In this document: in pieces, positions 37,977-47,891 of the stretch
How the letters are laid out: every line of letters begins with the position of its first letter
Numbering within the stretch: the first letter of the stretch is position 1
From: Escherichia phage SUT_E1520
Sequence record: OQ885479
Reading direction: 5' to 3' (one strand)
DNA: 64,000 nt
The notes under the pieces: generated by a model
What the model was told of the DNA's origin: nothing
Databases searched by the model: none
The model's input: the letters and a program-made list of their open reading frames with translations, nothing else
Position numbers and translations under genes: made by a program

Positions 37977-38750
37977 TTAGTCATCCAGATCGCTTGCAGC
38001 TTCTGTGTCAATACCTTTCTGGGAGCCTGCATTGCTATTACCAGATTTGGCATCATCATCTTTATTCTCACGACCTTCCATGAAGGCTAGAATTGCTTCT
38101 TTCTGCTCTTCATAGGTAGGAACCGGATAGGTTTGTTCCAGAGAAGGAACTTTTTCGAACTTAATGATGTCGCCATCTTCATCACACATAGCTTCACCGA
38201 TCAGATCTACATCTGCAGCATATTGCTTAGATTCTGCACTGTTAGGATCTTGCAGCTTAATCTGGAACTGCATAGCAGCAATCTGCTGTACATCATACTC
38301 AGTATCGAAACCTTTACCTTTTTTCTCGATAGAAATATCAATATCAAACGGAGTTGCCAGGCTCAGCTGCTTCATGATAGACTGGATGCCTTTCAGAATA
38401 GTAGCCTTGACTTCCATTACTTTCAGTTTGTTATCAGAACGGTCGATAACAAAAGCGATATAGTTTTTCTTCGGTTTCAGCGGAACACGATTACCATCTT
38501 TATCCAGCTCTTTCTCGAAGAAGCCCATCTCATGAACCGGATCAGCTTTACCACGAACAAAGCTCTCTTTGTCACGGTTAAAACGGAGACATTCGAAAGG
38601 AGCTACGTTACCCTCTTTATTAGTCAGCCAATAGACATAACGTGGAAGAACACCAGAAACGATACGAACACGAGTGATACCGTTGTTGAACTTCAGGAAT
38701 TCGATTTTATCGTTAGAACCGCCAGTAGTTTCGCCCCAAGACTTAGCCAT
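37977..38750 (-). CDS. D11-like hypothetical protein
   Basis: 257-aa ORF with acidic C-terminus; synteny. Confidence 0.6.
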   Translation of the reverse strand: MAKSWGETTGGSNDKIEFLKFNNGITRVRIVSGVLPRYVYWLTNKEGNVAPFECLRFNRDKESFVRGKADPVHEMGFFEKELDKDGNRVPLKPKKNYIAFVIDRSDNKLKVMEVKATILKGIQSIMKQLSLATPFDIDISIEKKGKGFDTEYDVQQIAAMQFQIKLQDPNSAESKQYAADVDLIGEAMCDEDGDIIKFEKVPSLEQTYPVPTYEEQKEAILAFMEGRENKDDDAKSGNSNAGSQKGIDTEAASDLDD

Positions 38751-39027
38751 ATTTTATTTCCTCTTTAAAGATTAATTTCGATTTGTTAATTGCGATTAGT
38801 GGGTTAGTGTCGATTACTAAACGTGGTATCCATACTGGAACATATTGTATGTCCAAACTAGGATCGTTTGTAAACTTGTATTCGGCATAATTTCGTAGAC
38901 TTAAAATTCCTAGATATTCTGCCAGTTGTCTATTAGACAATTTATTTGGATTATCAACTATTGTTGATTCATTCAAAATGAATGAGGAACCGACCAATAA
39001 TTGATGAGCATCAGGCTCTGTAAGCAT
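38743..39027 (-). CDS. hypothetical protein
   Basis: 94-aa ORF downstream of an early promoter; weak SD. Confidence 0.4.
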   Translation of the reverse strand: MLTEPDAHQLLVGSSFILNESTIVDNPNKLSNRQLAEYLGILSLRNYAEYKFTNDPSLDIQYVPVWIPRLVIDTNPLIAINKSKLIFKEEIKYG

Positions 39028-39134
39028 TCTTTTGAATAGCTTGATAATTAGGTCGGAATTTCCTCTAGCTAGTAAGTATAGCTTTTCATAATCGAAGAAT
39101 TTAATTTTTGTTTTCTCCTCGAATTTATGTATAT

Positions 39135-39164
39135 ATTATACTAGATTTCGAGAGAATTTAGCAA
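39135..39164 (-). promoter_or_regulatory. early sigma70 promoter (TTGCTA-18-TATAAT)
   Basis: rc of 39159-39164 is TTGCTA, rc of 39135-39140 is TATAAT, AT-rich upstream, conserved CATAAATT(C/T)GAG leader. Confidence 0.5.
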
Positions 39165-39235
39165 CTAAAATTTTTATTTTTCTGCTTCGGACTTTCTTAT
39201 CAATCCGAAACTTTCTCTCTCAAATTTATGTATAT

Positions 39236-39267
39236 ATTATACATCATTTATGAGCTGTTGCCAAATG
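39236..39267 (-). promoter_or_regulatory. second tandem promoter copy (TTGGCA-17-TGnTATAAT) overlapping the helicase 3' end
   Basis: near-identical -10 plus leader block (CTCAAATTTATGTATATATTATAC) about 100 bp upstream of the first copy; followed by hairpin TTCGGA-N12-TCCGAA at about 39187-39211. Confidence 0.4.
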
Positions 39268-40600
39268 CAATTTTAGCTAATTGAACTGCTTTCTCAGGAG
39301 TCATGGTAATAGTTTTCCACCCGTTGTTACGATATACTGCCATACGTCCAGAAGCCTGTCTTAGTCCAGTGCCACCTTTCATAATTAGATCTACAACAAT
39401 AGGGTCGAGTTTACCATCGACAATACGTTGAACACGTCCTGCAAGCTGTTCAATGAGAGATTCATTATTAATGAGACTCCCCATTATTAAACAAGATAGC
39501 TCATTAAGGGAAATACCTTCAGAGAAGATACTTTGAGCTGCTGCAAGTACACAAGGCCCACCTTTTGCTATATTTTCCTGAATTTTTAATCGGTCATCCA
39601 AGTGGGTTGCCCCTATAATTTCATATGTTGTAACACCACGCTGTGCGAGAGCTTCTAGTACTGTTTGGATTAACTCTGTTCTGTCACTTACAATGAGTAC
39701 TTTATGCCCCATATTCACGTATAAGTGTGCTAAGTTTATAATAGTCTCTCGATATTCAGGATGGTTATACACATCATTAGCACGTAATGCCCATGGTACG
39801 TTTTGGTTTCCTGATAACTCAACAGGCACGGAGTACCTATGGATTGTAGGTGCAACAGTATTATTAACCGGTGGGCTAAAGATCTTATATCCAAAGAAAT
39901 CTTTGAACATAACTTGTAGACCATCTTTCCGTTTTAATGTTCCAGATAGTCCAATCTTATAGCGAGCACATGATATTTCTAGGAAGTTGGTGAAAGTTGT
40001 AGCCACACAATGGTGAACTTCATCAACTATAACAGTACCGAATACTTTAGAAAGATTATTCGCATGTTTATTCACTGTTTGAATATTACTGACTACAATT
40101 GGTGGATCAATATTGTATTTCCCAGAACCTATAATGCCCGGTTCAAACCCAAACCATTTACGAACTTCTGCTGCCCACATTTCACGAATGGATGTATTCG
40201 TACAGATTACCAAAGTTTTCTGGCCAAATTTATACGCAAGTGCAAGGGCTAGGATAGTTTTACCAAACCCAGGCTTACCATTAATAATACAGGTATCATC
40301 GCACTCTTCATATATTGGGAGCTGGTCTTCTTCACGCAGCTTGAACTTAGGTTTTGGTATATCTACCGGAGCTAATGTACGTTTATCTACTAATTCGTAT
40401 TTTACTCCTTTAGCATCTAATAAATCCAGACGCGTGATAGGAATCCACTTAATCTCTTTAGCAACAACACCACTATTCTTATACATAATAGGGTATTTAC
40501 TAGTCATTGTCTCTATGTGATAAGTGGTTTGCTTACTACAATAATCCCAAAGTTCATCATCGGGCTTGAAATAGGCTTTATTAGATATAACAACCTTCAT
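39248..40600 (-). CDS. SF2 DNA helicase (T5 D10-like)
   Basis: 450 aa; motif I GKPGFGKT, motif II VIVDEVHH. Confidence 0.85.
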   Translation of the reverse strand: MKVVISNKAYFKPDDELWDYCSKQTTYHIETMTSKYPIMYKNSGVVAKEIKWIPITRLDLLDAKGVKYELVDKRTLAPVDIPKPKFKLREEDQLPIYEECDDTCIINGKPGFGKTILALALAYKFGQKTLVICTNTSIREMWAAEVRKWFGFEPGIIGSGKYNIDPPIVVSNIQTVNKHANNLSKVFGTVIVDEVHHCVATTFTNFLEISCARYKIGLSGTLKRKDGLQVMFKDFFGYKIFSPPVNNTVAPTIHRYSVPVELSGNQNVPWALRANDVYNHPEYRETIINLAHLYVNMGHKVLIVSDRTELIQTVLEALAQRGVTTYEIIGATHLDDRLKIQENIAKGGPCVLAAAQSIFSEGISLNELSCLIMGSLINNESLIEQLAGRVQRIVDGKLDPIVVDLIMKGGTGLRQASGRMAVYRNNGWKTITMTPEKAVQLAKIAFGNSS

Positions 40601-41094
40601 AATTTTATTCTAAGTCTAGGAATTTCAGGCTCCTCTTGATGGACTTGATAAATAACAGGGCTATTATTTACCAGAATATAGCTTATATAAGCTGGAACAT
40701 AGGATAATACAAATGGGTATGGAACTTTAGCTACATAGCATTGGTATTTTCCGTTATAAATTCTAGCTGAATTCAAAACTTTAGAGGTAACAACATCATA
40801 GAACGTAGTTTTCTTCCAATTAATAAGATTTCCATCAGAATCTATAAATTGGCTACGCTTTGACCCAACTAATTGGGACAACATTGATATTCTACCTCTA
40901 ATAGGATAGAGCTTGTACGGTAATTCTTTCCGTTTCTCAAATAGAATGAGCCTACGTTGAGAAAACGTGCCAGGCAACTTCCTGTTATCTAGCACATATT
41001 TATTATATCTTGTTGTAATTACGGAATAATCACCTTCTTGCTCAATTGATACAAACGCCCGTAACGTATAGACGGGCAATTTGAAATCAAGCAC
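40597..41094 (-). CDS. hypothetical protein
   Basis: 165-aa ORF, translationally coupled between polymerase and helicase genes. Confidence 0.5.
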   Translation of the reverse strand: MLDFKLPVYTLRAFVSIEQEGDYSVITTRYNKYVLDNRKLPGTFSQRRLILFEKRKELPYKLYPIRGRISMLSQLVGSKRSQFIDSDGNLINWKKTTFYDVVTSKVLNSARIYNGKYQCYVAKVPYPFVLSYVPAYISYILVNNSPVIYQVHQEEPEIPRLRIKL

Positions 41095-43654
41095 CGAGAA
41101 TCCTTCTTACGTTATCCAAATCTTTACATACAGCAATAAACTTATCATCCTTGTATTTGCTATGATCTGGATGCTCTTTATCCATTGCAGCTAGTTTCTT
41201 ATACTCGAACTCTGCATCAAGTAATACACTCTTGACATAACGAGTATATTCATCATCATCAATACAAGCGATTGATGGGTGCTGTTTCTTCATCTTACCA
41301 CAAGAATAGTCACGAGAACCTCCAGCTTCAGAATCTGAATCAATACCAATCGGACAGCCAGGAATACTGATACCACGGTCTTTCTGAATATTACGAATCA
41401 GGATTTCATTGTATTGGTCGATCAAATCCTCACGAACAATAGCAACCACGGAGTCATGAACCAGCATAACAATCTTCATCTCTTGTTCTAGGCCAAGAGA
41501 AATGATCTCATTATCTGCATCTACAGCACCTAAAAGGAGGCTATCAGAGGAAGCAGACTGAATGATTGCGTTAAATCCAGAACGAATTTCTTCACCCTGA
41601 ACACCACGGTCTTCGGAGTGGATATTGTGCAGACGACGCTTACGACCAAAGTGACTATAGATAAATCCATGATTCTTAATCTGATCGTGGCACTTATCAA
41701 TCCAACGCTTAAGCTGTGGGAACTGACCGAAGTAAGTTTCGATATAGTCCTTCGCATCCGCAACAGTACATTCAACAAACGGTTCTCCTGTCTTAGCAGC
41801 CTGTTCCAGAAGAGCTTCGTTAACAGAATGAGCTACTTTAGCTGGGCCAGAACCATACAAAATACCGAAGGTAATTGCCTTAGCAGCCTGACGCAGAGCT
41901 GGGAATAACTTTTTAACATCACGAGGCTCGCATTGGAGTTTAAATACCATGTGTGCGATGTTAGAGTGGAAGTCCGGGTATTTATCAGGTTCATTTCTCA
42001 TATTGATAAATACCTGTTGCATATTTCTATCCCCAGATAGAACAGCAGCATAATAAACTTCCGCAGTTGTTAAGTCCCATGCGATTACACGATACCCAGG
42101 AGGAGCTACTACACAACCCTTGATAATAGATTCATCACGAGGTAACTGTTGCAAGTTCAGTTTACCAGAAGAACTCAGACGACCAGAAGTAGTCATATGT
42201 TCGTGGAAACCAGTACGAATGCAACCATCTGCATCAATACTCAGAAGAATCTTCTCAACATAAGTAGAGATCAGCTTGGTCAGCTTACGAATCTCTAGTA
42301 GAGTCTTAGCAATTGGATGCTGCGTAGCCAGTTCGTTCAGAGCTTCTGCATCTGTAGAGTCTGCTCCAGTATCCGTCAATTTACCTGTTGGAGTTAAGCC
42401 AACATAATCAAACAGAAGAACACGTAGCTGCTTAACAGAGTTTGGATTAAACGCTTCATTCTGATCTTTTTCTAGCTGAACGACTTCTGGATAAGTATAT
42501 AGTTTCTCACGAGCTTTATTCAGATTATGAGTTAACTGATACTGAGCTTCTTTCAAGCGATCAATAGAAATTGGTACACCACGATCCTCAACACGCTGGA
42601 GAAATACACAACCAGGCATTAGAACATCATAATACAGACTGCAAAGTTTTTCATTCTTCTCAATTTTTGGTAAGAAGAAGTTGTGCAAGCGTATGGTGGC
42701 ATCGGTATCTTTTGCAGCGTAAGGCCACATAATATCAAACGGAATTAAATCATAGGTGAAATCTTCTTTCTTGATTTTATGTGCTTTGCAGTAATCATCT
42801 TTGAACTTATCTAGTTCAAAGTCATAGTCACCCATATCGGTATACTTCATTGCTAGAGATTTCAAGCCATGAGTACCACGACGCTCATCTAGAACATAAT
42901 GCTGCAACATTGTATCATGGAGCCTGCGTTCTTTATGTGCTTTATCAAAAGTAAGTCCCAGATGGTACTTATAAAAGTGCATATCAAACTTCAAGTTGTG
43001 AAAAACAATAGTGTGGTTTTCACTATCCAGAATTTTCTGGAGATAATATACTGCAACCTCTGTGAGACAATCAGAATCGATATATACACCCTGATACTCT
43101 TGGTGAGATATAGAAACACCAAGCAGATAACCATCTCGACAGTATAGTGCTGAGGTTTCGGAGTCGAATGCGACAGGTCCGATAACCATATTATACACCA
43201 TCTTGATATATTCTTCCGCCTCATCAGGGTCAGTAATAGGACGGTAATCACCAGCTTTTGCAATCTTTTCACGACCATTGATAATATCGTGGATATTCTC
43301 TACTGTTGCATCGAAAACTGGTTTCATTTCAGGCTTAAAGTGTAACTGGGCTGGGCTGATACTTGCAATCCAGTTAGCATATCCATTATATTCTACACGT
43401 TTACCAGTATAGTCACCAATGCCTTTCTTACCTGCGAAATACAGGAAAGGTTCAGCACCTACTAGTATAACAAAATCGTAATCATTCGGATCAAATGGAT
43501 TTTCTGGTGTTCCAATAGTAATGTGCTTTTTAAGCAAACGACCAGATAACTTCTCGTTACACATATGAAATACATCAACTTCCTCGCCGTATAGCTGGAA
43601 ATGTTTATCGTAACGAGTGTTATTTAGAGCTTTATCAACTACTGCGATTTTCAA
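41087..43654 (-). CDS. DNA polymerase, family A with 3'-5' exonuclease domain
   Basis: 855 aa, equal to T5 DNA polymerase; motif B KAITFGILYG, motif C VHDSVV. Confidence 0.95.
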   Translation of the reverse strand: MKIAVVDKALNNTRYDKHFQLYGEEVDVFHMCNEKLSGRLLKKHITIGTPENPFDPNDYDFVILVGAEPFLYFAGKKGIGDYTGKRVEYNGYANWIASISPAQLHFKPEMKPVFDATVENIHDIINGREKIAKAGDYRPITDPDEAEEYIKMVYNMVIGPVAFDSETSALYCRDGYLLGVSISHQEYQGVYIDSDCLTEVAVYYLQKILDSENHTIVFHNLKFDMHFYKYHLGLTFDKAHKERRLHDTMLQHYVLDERRGTHGLKSLAMKYTDMGDYDFELDKFKDDYCKAHKIKKEDFTYDLIPFDIMWPYAAKDTDATIRLHNFFLPKIEKNEKLCSLYYDVLMPGCVFLQRVEDRGVPISIDRLKEAQYQLTHNLNKAREKLYTYPEVVQLEKDQNEAFNPNSVKQLRVLLFDYVGLTPTGKLTDTGADSTDAEALNELATQHPIAKTLLEIRKLTKLISTYVEKILLSIDADGCIRTGFHEHMTTSGRLSSSGKLNLQQLPRDESIIKGCVVAPPGYRVIAWDLTTAEVYYAAVLSGDRNMQQVFINMRNEPDKYPDFHSNIAHMVFKLQCEPRDVKKLFPALRQAAKAITFGILYGSGPAKVAHSVNEALLEQAAKTGEPFVECTVADAKDYIETYFGQFPQLKRWIDKCHDQIKNHGFIYSHFGRKRRLHNIHSEDRGVQGEEIRSGFNAIIQSASSDSLLLGAVDADNEIISLGLEQEMKIVMLVHDSVVAIVREDLIDQYNEILIRNIQKDRGISIPGCPIGIDSDSEAGGSRDYSCGKMKKQHPSIACIDDDEYTRYVKSVLLDAEFEYKKLAAMDKEHPDHSKYKDDKFIAVCKDLDNVRRILGA

Positions 43655-43715
43655 ATTTAATCTCCTCTTGGTAAGTAAGTATAACTTCAGTGTTTCTTCT
43701 CTAACTTACCAATAT

Positions 43716-43746
43716 ATTATACCAAATCTTTAAGCGATTCAGCAAC
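43716..43746 (-). promoter_or_regulatory. putative early promoter for polymerase gene (TTGCTG-18-TATAAT), overlapping primase 3' end
   Basis: same AT-rich architecture as the other early promoters; coordinates approximate. Confidence 0.35.
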
Positions 43747-44607
43747 TAAAATTTCAATACGTTTTGCTAACATATCAATTTCTTCTTTATTTAAGTCACC
43801 AGGGTCTTTACCTTCGGGTAGAAGAAAGTTAGCCACTACAGGTGTTAAACGCGTTTTTGTACGAATTAGCTTGGCCAACGCTTGTGCAGCTTTATTACCA
43901 GAAGCATCATTATCTAGTAAGATAACAACAACTTTTACACCAGCAATAATATAAGGGCTAAACTTATCTGCAATGTTATCTGAAGTAAACTGATGTGTAC
44001 CAAAGCAGCAAGAAGCATAGTCTATACCATTATCCTCTAGGTTCAGCATATCAAAGATACCTTCAACTAGAATAAGAACTGGAGTATTATATCGTACAGG
44101 GAAAATCGGTGGTGAAACTTGTTTTGGTTTTACTAAGTATTTAGGAGGGGCAGAACTGTTTATAGAACGACCCAAAAATAGGATATTGCGTCCAACAGCA
44201 TCTGTGATTGGGAATACAATTCTGCCTTCCCAGTCTGCTTGGTGTTGGAAAGCAAAGTATTTCTTCAAGGTCTTAGAACTTATACCTCGGAAATCACCTT
44301 CGAAAAGGTAAGCAGATTCAGGAATTGCAAGATTTGTAGATCCATTCCTAATCTCTGAAATCTTTTTACGTACCTGCGATAGTCTTGGAGACTGTCGGTA
44401 CTGAGTCTCATTAAAATAATGGTAAATGCTCGGTATACCTTTACCGAAGCCACAACTCAAGCAGTGCATAATACCTGTTTCAGGATCAATACGCAAACTT
44501 GGGTGTTTATCGTCATGATCTGGATTGAGACAACAGATGAGGATGTCCCCACCTGTGTCTTTATATTCAATGCCTTTCAGATCAAGTAGTTCTGTTATTC
44601 TACTCAT
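43717..44607 (-). CDS. DNA primase (zinc-binding plus TOPRIM)
   Basis: 296 aa; CLNPDHDDKHPS...HCLSCG zinc motif; TOPRIM-like LVEGIFD and DNDASG. Confidence 0.8.
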   Translation of the reverse strand: MSRITELLDLKGIEYKDTGGDILICCLNPDHDDKHPSLRIDPETGIMHCLSCGFGKGIPSIYHYFNETQYRQSPRLSQVRKKISEIRNGSTNLAIPESAYLFEGDFRGISSKTLKKYFAFQHQADWEGRIVFPITDAVGRNILFLGRSINSSAPPKYLVKPKQVSPPIFPVRYNTPVLILVEGIFDMLNLEDNGIDYASCCFGTHQFTSDNIADKFSPYIIAGVKVVVILLDNDASGNKAAQALAKLIRTKTRLTPVVANFLLPEGKDPGDLNKEEIDMLAKRIEILVAESLKDLV

Positions 44608-46076
44608 ATATCGCTGGCCTGTTCACCTGTTGAATTTTCAGTTTTGTCTTTCTTAGCACGTTTAGGTTGAGCCGGCTTATCCTTCTCAATAGGGATAACG
44701 AACTCAGCTTCCATTTGAGATATATCTTCCATTGCTAGGTTGGTAGTATTATCCATTCGCAGAGTTTCCCAATTCATTTTAGGCATAAACTTCACGCTAT
44801 CAGAAGAACGAGTCTTAACAAAGTCAAACATAATAGCACCTTGACCATTATCAGCTTTAGCAGCATTAAGATTAGCAGCCATGTCTGCGGAATCAAGAAT
44901 CCCCTTTGACATACGTGTTCTACCATCTTGATCGATCTGGTAGGGAGCTACGCCAGCCACGTTATGTTTCTGGCAGATGGATTTGAAAGACGAGCTAACA
45001 ACCATCTGTTCCTTCCAGTCATACATATCAATGGTTTTAGAATCTGGAAGTCGGGTTTGGTTAATATAGTCCAGTAAAGCTACTGTAACTTTATCACCAT
45101 ATCTAGCAACTAATTTATTTAATTCTACGTCAACTGTTGTAATGGACAGTTCAGGGTCATAAACGATAATCATAGGAGTATGTAGTTCATACCCCTCTAT
45201 TAGCTTACTCTCCATATCGTAGAAATCACTCATCTTAGCCATTGTATACTGTTTAACGAAGTTATCGAAAAGCTCTTCACCCCCGTTGAACATTCTAGCT
45301 CTAGTTCTGGCTAATCTCAATAGAGCTGCACCTTCTAGAGTATTATTACGCATTGCTAGTGCTGATACCCCGGCTAACATGGCTAGATTACGTCTAAATA
45401 CTTCATGTTCTTTCATCTCAATTGAGAAGTATGGAGCAATATCTCCATTCAAATATTGCTGAACCTGTATGTTTGAACAGATAATGGATTTACCAGTACC
45501 ACGCCAACCACCAAGCAGTAACGTTTCTGTGCGAGCTAAACCAATTTGAGCATCGAACTCATTACAAATACCAAGAGCGATTAAGTTCAGTTTGGTATCT
45601 TCTTCTCTCTGGAAAATACGCATGTTATCTGCGTTGAATACTTTTCCAGTATTCGTTACTTTCTCTTCTAATTTTAAGTGAAGGGAGGCAACTCGGTTGA
45701 GAATTTCTCCCTGATCCAGCATTGTTAAATCTTGAAGCACGTCTGTTTCTAGAAGCTTCAGGAATAAATCCTGTGTATACTCGGCCTCTAGGACTTCAAG
45801 TGCCTGTTCCATGCTCACTTCTGGAATTTGAGTGTTAGCTAAGACGACTAGGGCTTGAGAAAGGCGGGCGTTCCTATTAGCTTCAAGCATAAGTGCGTCA
45901 ATGGACGGCATTGTGTTATATTTTTTATAATAATTCTGGACGGCTTGGTAAATTGAGGAGAAAGCGTCATTAAAATGATCTTTATGCAGTTTTGAGAATG
46001 TTTCCAATGCTATTTGCTTCTGTTCGGAAGCTAGAAGCATCTTCAACACTACAGCTTGCACGTTAAACAAGGTCAT
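44604..46076 (-). CDS. replicative DNA helicase (DnaB-like)
   Basis: Walker A GGWRGTGKS; start set at ATG 46076 downstream of a terminator; alternative ATG 46127 lies inside the terminator loop. Confidence 0.7.
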   Translation of the reverse strand: MTLFNVQAVVLKMLLASEQKQIALETFSKLHKDHFNDAFSSIYQAVQNYYKKYNTMPSIDALMLEANRNARLSQALVVLANTQIPEVSMEQALEVLEAEYTQDLFLKLLETDVLQDLTMLDQGEILNRVASLHLKLEEKVTNTGKVFNADNMRIFQREEDTKLNLIALGICNEFDAQIGLARTETLLLGGWRGTGKSIICSNIQVQQYLNGDIAPYFSIEMKEHEVFRRNLAMLAGVSALAMRNNTLEGAALLRLARTRARMFNGGEELFDNFVKQYTMAKMSDFYDMESKLIEGYELHTPMIIVYDPELSITTVDVELNKLVARYGDKVTVALLDYINQTRLPDSKTIDMYDWKEQMVVSSSFKSICQKHNVAGVAPYQIDQDGRTRMSKGILDSADMAANLNAAKADNGQGAIMFDFVKTRSSDSVKFMPKMNWETLRMDNTTNLAMEDISQMEAEFVIPIEKDKPAQPKRAKKDKTENSTGEQASDI

Positions 46077-46104
46077 TCTCCTTTGCACGCTTTCGTGCCT
46101 TCTA

Positions 46105-46150
46105 AATGCAAAAAGGGGAAGGAGCATAGCCCCCTCCCCTTAGGTTTAAT
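46105..46150 (-). terminator. rho-independent terminator (11-bp stem including G-U pairs, then TTTTTGCATTT)
   Basis: stem AGGGGAGGGGG / CTCCTTCCCCT read on the minus strand. Confidence 0.55.
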
Positions 46151-46158
46151 TTACCAGA

Positions 46159-46926
46159 TTATTCAGCAGCCGCAGCTTTTGCATCCAGTTTAGCACGCTT
46201 AGCGGCACCATCATAGTCCTTAGCAACCAGACCACGACGAGACAGCATAGATTTAACACCGCGCTCAGATTTACCAGTTTTCTCAGCGATCTCAGCAACA
46301 GTCATGTTAACCAGATCCAGACCTTCTAACAGATCTTCACGAGTTTTAGCACTTGAGGTTTCCTGTACCGGCATAGCAGCGATACGACCTTCACGAAGCA
46401 GACTCAGAGCTTTACCACGGATCTGCTTAATATTGCGACCGAAGTGAGCAGCGATAGCTTCAATAGTAGCACCAGCAACAACCTGATTAACAAAATCAGT
46501 TTCTTCATCCGGAGTAAAGGAACGAACAGCAGCAGCTTTTTCAGTTGGTTTAACAGAAGCGGTCATTTCCAGGCTCAGAATCTTACCCTGTACCTGCTTA
46601 GCACCGAACTGACCACCAGCTACAGCAGCAGCGATTTCAGCATAGGTATACTGACCAGCATGAGCGTTCAGGAAATCAACCAGTTCAGCTTCCTGCTCAG
46701 GAGTCCACGGGGATTTCTGTACTTCGTTAGCTTTCTGTACTTCAAAACCTTCTTTACGCAGTTTAGAGCCAACAGAGCGAGCGGTAACATCTTTGCCAGT
46801 TTCAGCAGCCAGTTCAGCGGCGATAGCGGCTACTTGTTCTTGAGAGATTACAGAAACACCCAGAGCAGTGGCTTTTGCTTTCAGAGACTCGGTTACACCT
46901 TCTACGTTCCAGTTCAGTTTAGACAT
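46159..46926 (-). CDS. DNA-binding protein with four internal HTH-like repeats (T5 D5-like, putative)
   Basis: 255 aa; repeated segments of the type TGKSERGVKSMLSRRGL; position between ligase and helicase. Confidence 0.55.
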   Translation of the reverse strand: MSKLNWNVEGVTESLKAKATALGVSVISQEQVAAIAAELAAETGKDVTARSVGSKLRKEGFEVQKANEVQKSPWTPEQEAELVDFLNAHAGQYTYAEIAAAVAGGQFGAKQVQGKILSLEMTASVKPTEKAAAVRSFTPDEETDFVNQVVAGATIEAIAAHFGRNIKQIRGKALSLLREGRIAAMPVQETSSAKTREDLLEGLDLVNMTVAEIAEKTGKSERGVKSMLSRRGLVAKDYDGAAKRAKLDAKAAAAE

Positions 46927-47692
46927 TATTATTTTTCTCCAATAGTTCTTTAATCGACAGGATTTCTATCCCATTCGTTTCGGCTTTCTTATAAGATGAG
47001 GAAGAACGCTTCGATTCATCCTCACAGATTAGGTATTTGACGTCTTTGGTAACAGATTTCTTAACCGTATATCCTAGACCTTCTAAATAGTTTGTTGCAT
47101 CCGTTCGATTTGCAAAGTCTTGCAAAGATCCGGTAATACATACCGCGATTCCATTTGGCTGGGCAACTAAATCATCAGTAACGACGGTTTTAGCTTTAGC
47201 ACCAGTTGAGAATTTCCACGGTAATTCGATAACATCCTTGCCTTGTGGGGAATTTAGCCAGGCTTTATAATTTTCTCCAGCCTTGCCGTCAGCCTTCACA
47301 TCGTGGAAGCTAGTGCAATTTTGGGATAATTTCTTTGCTGCAACCTCTCCAATTAGAGGGATTCCTAAAGAACCGAGAACTGAACCAAAGTCAATGTCTC
47401 CGCGAACTTTAGTATTTAATTCGCTAATTAACTTAGCGGCAACCTTGCTACCCACGGCTCTAACCAAATCTTCTTCGGTTAGGTAAAATAGTTCTGAAAT
47501 CTTCGTCAGCTCCAGCTTCTCAATAGTTTTTGGACCAAAACCCTTTAACTTCATTTTTGTACAGAAGTTCTCAATTAACTTACTTGATTGCGCTGGACAG
47601 TTGGACTTATTCCGACAAAATAATTGTCCGTTGACAAGATCTAGCTTAGAACCACAAGAGGGACATTGTGTTGGAATTTCGATTTTCATCAA
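46919..47692 (-). CDS. NAD-dependent DNA ligase, C-terminal part (Zn finger, HhH, BRCT) expressed as separate subunit
   Basis: 257 aa; CPSCGSKL...CRNKSNC zinc finger at N-terminus; BRCT-like C-terminus. Confidence 0.8.
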   Translation of the reverse strand: MMKIEIPTQCPSCGSKLDLVNGQLFCRNKSNCPAQSSKLIENFCTKMKLKGFGPKTIEKLELTKISELFYLTEEDLVRAVGSKVAAKLISELNTKVRGDIDFGSVLGSLGIPLIGEVAAKKLSQNCTSFHDVKADGKAGENYKAWLNSPQGKDVIELPWKFSTGAKAKTVVTDDLVAQPNGIAVCITGSLQDFANRTDATNYLEGLGYTVKKSVTKDVKYLICEDESKRSSSSYKKAETNGIEILSIKELLEKNNNV

Positions 47693-47727
47693 ATTTCTTC
47701 CTTATCAATTTATATAAATATTATAGC

Positions 47728-47758
47728 AAGTATTTAAGCATTTAGCAACTACAATTTT
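47728..47758 (-). promoter_or_regulatory. early promoter between the two ligase genes (TTGCTA ... TATAAT)
   Basis: rc of TAGCAA and ATTATA blocks in the 200-bp gap between ligase parts; coordinates approximate. Confidence 0.45.
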
Positions 47759-47891
47759 AACTAACTTTGCTTACCCTCGCCATAACTTTCTATCCCTCAA
47801 CTGAATGATACTAGTATATACCTAAGCGGCGAAAATGTCAATAACCACTTTATAATTCCGATATGGTAGATGGGTAGCAAAGGGTTATGTA

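Noticed and set aside
38133-38768. 211-aa plus-strand ORF antisense to the D11-like gene
   Set aside because: Fully embedded antisense in a well-supported gene; no SD; composition-driven.
46444-46953. 169-aa plus-strand ORF antisense to the D5-like gene
   Set aside because: Antisense artefact, Ser/Phe-rich, no start context.
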